Virus record (IMG/VR): IMGVR_UViG_3300016476_001289
From: a virus
Direction: 5' to 3' (one strand)
DNA length: 64,000 nt
Shown here: positions 59,767 through 64,000 of the stretch, in pieces
How the letters are laid out: every line of letters begins with the position of its first letter
Position numbering within the stretch: position 1 is the stretch's first letter
Notes under the pieces: model-generated
Seen by the model: the letters and a program-made list of their open reading frames with translations, nothing else
Told to the model about the DNA's origin: nothing
Database searches by the model: none
Translations under genes and position numbers: made by a program

Positions 59767-62700
59767 ATGTCCTATTTAATAGATGCTAATATAAATAATG
59801 TTAAAGTGTCAGGTAATACAGATCCTTATGCTTTAACTTCAACAGATGAAATTTTTCTTGCACAAGATAATCAAATTGTTATTTTGCCTGAACCTACTAT
59901 TGTCAATAAAGGTAGAACTTATACCATTAAACTTAATGGTTCTTTTACAAGTGGTGTCTTTGTTAGAAACCATTTAAGTTCTCTTATCTATACGATCAAT
60001 AAAGATTATGGCACTGTTAATATCATTTCCGATGGCACAACATGGGTTGTACTCGCTGATGCTATTCAAGTTTCAGAAATTGCTACTACCACTTATGTTC
60101 AAGAATCTACTTGGAATAATGTAGGTGCGTGGAATGGTATTGATACTTATAATGCCAAAGATGTTGTTTCTTATGAAGGTTCTTCATGGTTAGCATTACA
60201 AACAAGTACAAACTCAACACCTGTTGAAGGTGCGGATTGGACTCTTATTGCTTCTAAAGGTGATCAAGGTCTTCAAGGTCTTCAAGGGGACGCAGGTGCT
60301 GATGGCGTTTCTATTGTATCTTCTACCATTATTGGGGGCGACCTATTTATTGAATACTCTAATGATTTAGGTAACCCTACAAATGTTGGGACAGTGGTTG
60401 GTGCAGATGGTGCTGATGCCGTATGGTATTTTCAAGGCGCATGGTCAAATGCCACTAATTATGTTTTAGGTGATGTTGTTACATATAATGGTTCATCTTG
60501 GTATGCTCTTCAAGCTAATAATAACTCAGCACCTGTTGAAGGCGCTAATTGGACATTGATCGCTTCTAAAGGTGATTCTTATTTTGTAGCTACAGGGGTT
60601 GATCTTTCTTTAACTACAAGTAATGCTACATCAGGTGGAGATTTAACTTTTATAACAGGGGATGGCACTAGTGGTCAAGGGGGCAGTACTACTTTCACAT
60701 TGGGTGAATCAATAGATGTTTTAGGGGGTTCTTTTCAAGTCAATGCAGGGGATTCTACTTATGGTGGGGGTGGTGCTATTTCTTTATATAGTGGCAATAC
60801 TACAGGGGGTGCTGGTGGGAGTCTTCTTTTAGAAGCTGGGGATACTTACTTTGGCACTAATGGCGGTAATGTTACTATTAATGCAGGTTTTGGTAATATA
60901 GGTACAGGTGGTAGCGTTAATCTTACCGCAGGTTATACAAAAACAGGTAATGCAGGTGGTATTTCTTTAACTACAGGTGATGCTCTTACTTTGGGTAATG
61001 GTGGAAATTTAACTCTTCAAACAGGCACTGGTTTTGGCGCTACTAAAAATGCAGGTAACATTATCCTAAATCCCGGCGATGCTGGTAATGGTGCTATTGC
61101 AGGTAATGTTCAAATCCAAAGTGATATGACTGTTACAGGCGCTATTGATGTTAATACTATTACTTTAGGTGATAATGAAGCAAGTGCTTTAGATATCACT
61201 GAATCTACTAATAGTTATTTGAAATTTGTTACCACTAATGGTTCTGAAAAAGTTATTGTAGGTAAAGAGTTATCTGTTGTTAATGCTGACTTAAATGTTA
61301 AAGATGGTTCTAATAACACAGTCTTTAATGTAGAAAGTACTACAGGCGATACAAATATTAGTGGGAATTTAACAGTAACAGGAAGCCTTATCGTTAATGG
61401 CTCTACTACTACTATTAATACTGTTAATCTTAATGTTACAGATAGCCTTATTCAATTAGCTGATGGCGTTACAGGTGCGCCTGTTAATGACGCTGGTTTT
61501 ATCATTGCTCGTGGCGATGAAAATAATGCTAGTCTATTTTGGAATGAGAATAGTGATACTTTTATCTTTGCTACAGCTACTAGCTTAAATTCAGATTTCA
61601 CAGGTGATATCTTAATAGCTGGGGGGACTATTACTTATAGTGCAGTAAGATTAGGCAGTTTAGAAGCTAATTCTATTAGTGGCATTACAGGTGGCAGTAC
61701 TTTATCTGTTACTGGTGATTTAATAGGTAATGCAGATACTTCATCTTCATGGTTAAATCCTATGACTTTAAATCTTGGCGGTGATTTATCAGGTTCTATT
61801 GCTTTTGATGGTTCTAGTACAGTAACTTTAAATGCTACTTTGGGGACAGTTTCTATTGCCAATCTTGAGTATTCATCTATTAATATTGGGGGAAGTAATA
61901 TTAGCTTAGGTGGTACTTTAAACCTAGAGAATTTAGCCATTACAGGTTCTACTTTAGGGTTAAATATTGGAAGTGGTGTTATTACTAATGCTAATTTGGA
62001 AAACTCATCTATTAATATTGGTGGAAGTAATATTGCATTAGGTGGGACTCTTAACTTATCTAGCGATTTTGCTTTTGATGGGGGTACTCTTGTTTTAGGT
62101 GGGACTTTATCTGTTTATTCAACAGGTGCGATTGCTTTAGCTAAAACTATTAATTTAGCTGGTGCGATTACAGGTTCTATTAATCTTAATGATCAAACAA
62201 GTGCTGTTACTTTAAACACTTCTTATAGTGGCACTATTACTAATGCTGATCTTGAATATTCTTCTATTAACATTGGGGGAAGTAATATTTCTCTAGGTGG
62301 GACATTAAATGTAGCTGGAGATTCTTATATTACTTTAGGCGTTACAGGTTCTACTCTTAGTGCTTCCCTAAGCACGATTGATAATGCTCAATTAGAATAT
62401 TCATCTATTAATATTGGTGGAAGCAATATTTCTTTAGGTGGGACTTTAAACTTAGAGAATTTAGCAATAACAGGTTCTACTTTAGGATTAAATATTGGCA
62501 ATAATGTTATCACTAATGCCAATCTTGTTAATGATTCTATTAATATTGGTGGGAGTAATATTAGCTTAGGGGGAACAATTAACCTTGATGGTGGTTTAAG
62601 TGTTACAGGTTCTACATTAAGTGTAGGTAATGTAGCTACTTCATCTTCATGGTTAAATGCCATGACTTTAAGTATTGGTGGGACAATTCTTACAGGGTCT

Positions 62701-64000
62701 ATTTCTTTTAATGGTTCTAGTCCTGTTACTCTTTTAGCTGATGTTGTCCCTAATAGCATTACAGGTGGAATGATTGCTAATGCTACCATCACTAATGCTA
62801 ATCTTATTAATGATTCTATTAATATTGATGGTGTTGATTTCTCTTTGGGAAGTACTTTAAATGTAGCTGGGGATTCTTATATTACTCTTGGCGTTACAGG
62901 TACAACCTTAAGTGCAAGTTTAAGCACTATTGATAATGCTATTTTAGAAAATGATTCAGTAAGAATAGGTTCTTATGATTTAGCATTAGGTGGCACATTA
63001 AATTTAGAGAATTTAACCATTACAGGAGCTACTTTAAGTTTAGCAAATACTATTAACTTAACTGATGAAGCTGTAAATGCTTTAGAATTTGCTGAAGGTG
63101 CTAATACCTATCTTAAGTTTATTACTACAGGTGGGGCAGAAGAAGTTTATTTAGGAAAGCCTGTAAGTTTATCTCAAATTAATCTTACTGATAATCAAGC
63201 CACTGCTTTAGATATTACTGAATCCACAAATTCTTATTTGAAATTTGTCACTACTGATGCTGGTGAAAAAGTTGTTGTAGGTAAAACTTTAGATTTAAGT
63301 GAAGGTAATATTATTAATGTAGGTAGTGTTGCTTTAGATAGTATTAGTGCAGATGGTTCTTCTATTGCTATTAATCTTACTGATAACCAAGCTAGTGCTT
63401 TGGATATTACTGAAGGTGCTAATAGTTATCTTAAGTTTGTTACCACTAATTCATCTGAAAAATTAGAAGTAAGAAAGACACTTAAACTTTCTGATGATCT
63501 TTATGTTTTAGATAAACCTGAAGTTGTTGCTCAAACTTTATATCTCTATGTTAAATACAATGCGACTTCTCAAGGTGATAATGAATATTTTTATATTTTT
63601 AGAACACCCGATGGTGGTGCTACAAGAGAAGTTGTCCCTTTAAGTAATTTAAGCAATTTACAAGAAGATACTTCTTTAGGATATAAGAGATATATTGCAA
63701 GTCAAACATCTGCATATACTAATACTACACCTACTGCCACACCTAACGCTTCTTTCATTATTGATACAGCATATACTTATTATTTCATTATTAGAACAGA
63801 TTATGATGATACTACACCTAATAAAGATTTTGAAGCTTATGTATCTACAAGTAATGCTAAATCTAACCCCACCTATAATGATGTCTTGCCTTATGGTGCA
63901 GGTTTTTCTGATGATGGTGAAGGTAATAAATATGCTATCCTAATTGATAGTTCTTCTTGGGTTTATTCTTCTACGGATGCGCCTGTCACTGTTTCTAATA
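59767..64000 (+). CDS. Giant fibre/adhesin protein, partial (>1400 aa), missing from ORF track
   Basis: ATG 59767 MSYLIDANINN...; frame open wherever spot-translated, including the last lines; two W...Y...DVV.Y.GSSW.A modules, short collagen GXY, LGGTL and NSYLKFVTT repeats. Confidence 0.8.
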   Translation, partial: MSYLIDANINNVKVSGNTDPYALTSTDEIFLAQDNQIVILPEPTIVNKGRTYTIKLNGSFTSGVFVRNHLSSLIYTINKDYGTVNIISDGTTWVVLADAIQVSEIATTTYVQESTWNNVGAWNGIDTYNAKDVVSYEGSSWLALQTSTNSTPVEGADWTLIASKGDQGLQGLQGDAGADGVSIVSSTIIGGDLFIEYSNDLGNPTNVGTVVGADGADAVWYFQGAWSNATNYVLGDVVTYNGSSWYALQANNNSAPVEGANWTLIASKGDSYFVATGVDLSLTTSNATSGGDLTFITGDGTSGQGGSTTFTLGESIDVLGGSFQVNAGDSTYGGGGAISLYSGNTTGGAGGSLLLEAGDTYFGTNGGNVTINAGFGNIGTGGSVNLTAGYTKTGNAGGISLTTGDALTLGNGGNLTLQTGTGFGATKNAGNIILNPGDAGNGAIAGNVQIQSDMTVTGAIDVNTITLGDNEASALDITESTNSYLKFVTTNGSEKVIVGKELSVVNADLNVKDGSNNTVFNVESTTGDTNISGNLTVTGSLIVNGSTTTINTVNLNVTDSLIQLADGVTGAPVNDAGFIIARGDENNASLFWNENSDTFIFATATSLNSDFTGDILIAGGTITYSAVRLGSLEANSISGITGGSTLSVTGDLIGNADTSSSWLNPMTLNLGGDLSGSIAFDGSSTVTLNATLGTVSIANLEYSSINIGGSNISLGGTLNLENLAITGSTLGLNIGSGVITNANLENSSINIGGSNIALGGTLNLSSDFAFDGGTLVLGGTLSVYSTGAIALAKTINLAGAITGSINLNDQTSAVTLNTSYSGTITNADLEYSSINIGGSNISLGGTLNVAGDSYITLGVTGSTLSASLSTIDNAQLEYSSINIGGSNISLGGTLNLENLAITGSTLGLNIGNNVITNANLVNDSINIGGSNISLGGTINLDGGLSVTGSTLSVGNVATSSSWLNAMTLSIGGTILTGSISFNGSSPVTLLADVVPNSITGGMIANATITNANLINDSINIDGVDFSLGSTLNVAGDSYITLGVTGTTLSASLSTIDNAILENDSVRIGSYDLALGGTLNLENLTITGATLSLANTINLTDEAVNALEFAEGANTYLKFITTGGAEEVYLGKPVSLSQINLTDNQATALDITESTNSYLKFVTTDAGEKVVVGKTLDLSEGNIINVGSVALDSISADGSSIAINLTDNQASALDITEGANSYLKFVTTNSSEKLEVRKTLKLSDDLYVLDKPEVVAQTLYLYVKYNATSQGDNEYFYIFRTPDGGATREVVPLSNLSNLQEDTSLGYKRYIASQTSAYTNTTPTATPNASFIIDTAYTYYFIIRTDYDDTTPNKDFEAYVSTSNAKSNPTYNDVLPYGAGFSDDGEGNKYAILIDSSSWVYSSTDAPVTVSN

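Overview
This AT-rich window (roughly 30% GC by eye) reads as part of a large (jumbo) bacteriophage or similar very large mobile element. It uses the standard bacterial code and strong Shine-Dalgarno sites (AAGGA). Recognisable genes are two groES, an intact groEL plus a degenerate second groEL, NUDIX, ADP-ribosylglycohydrolase, a DarG-like macrodomain, four tandem putative R-S-E ADP-ribosyltransferases, purB, a MoxR-type AAA+ with a vWA partner, two orphan adenine methyltransferases, dnaX, a NusG-like and a sigma-region-4-like gene, and three giant fibre/adhesin-like ORFs. The third fibre ORF runs off the end and is absent from the ORF track. The most striking feature is a recurring non-coding grammar: about 45 copies (hand count) of a 14-bp box A (ATGTAGAAATCTAG), about 19 copies of a 12-bp box B (GGGTCCGCATAC), a conserved ~70-bp promoter-like arm, and shared leader and terminator hairpins. 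Together they frame small unrelated ORFs as box-A-bracketed cassettes and form ~370-400-bp quasi-palindromic hubs between divergent operons. There are also several tandem paralog arrays and a sharp GC-skew inversion near 45.2 kb. All calls come from reading motifs by eye; no database searches were run.
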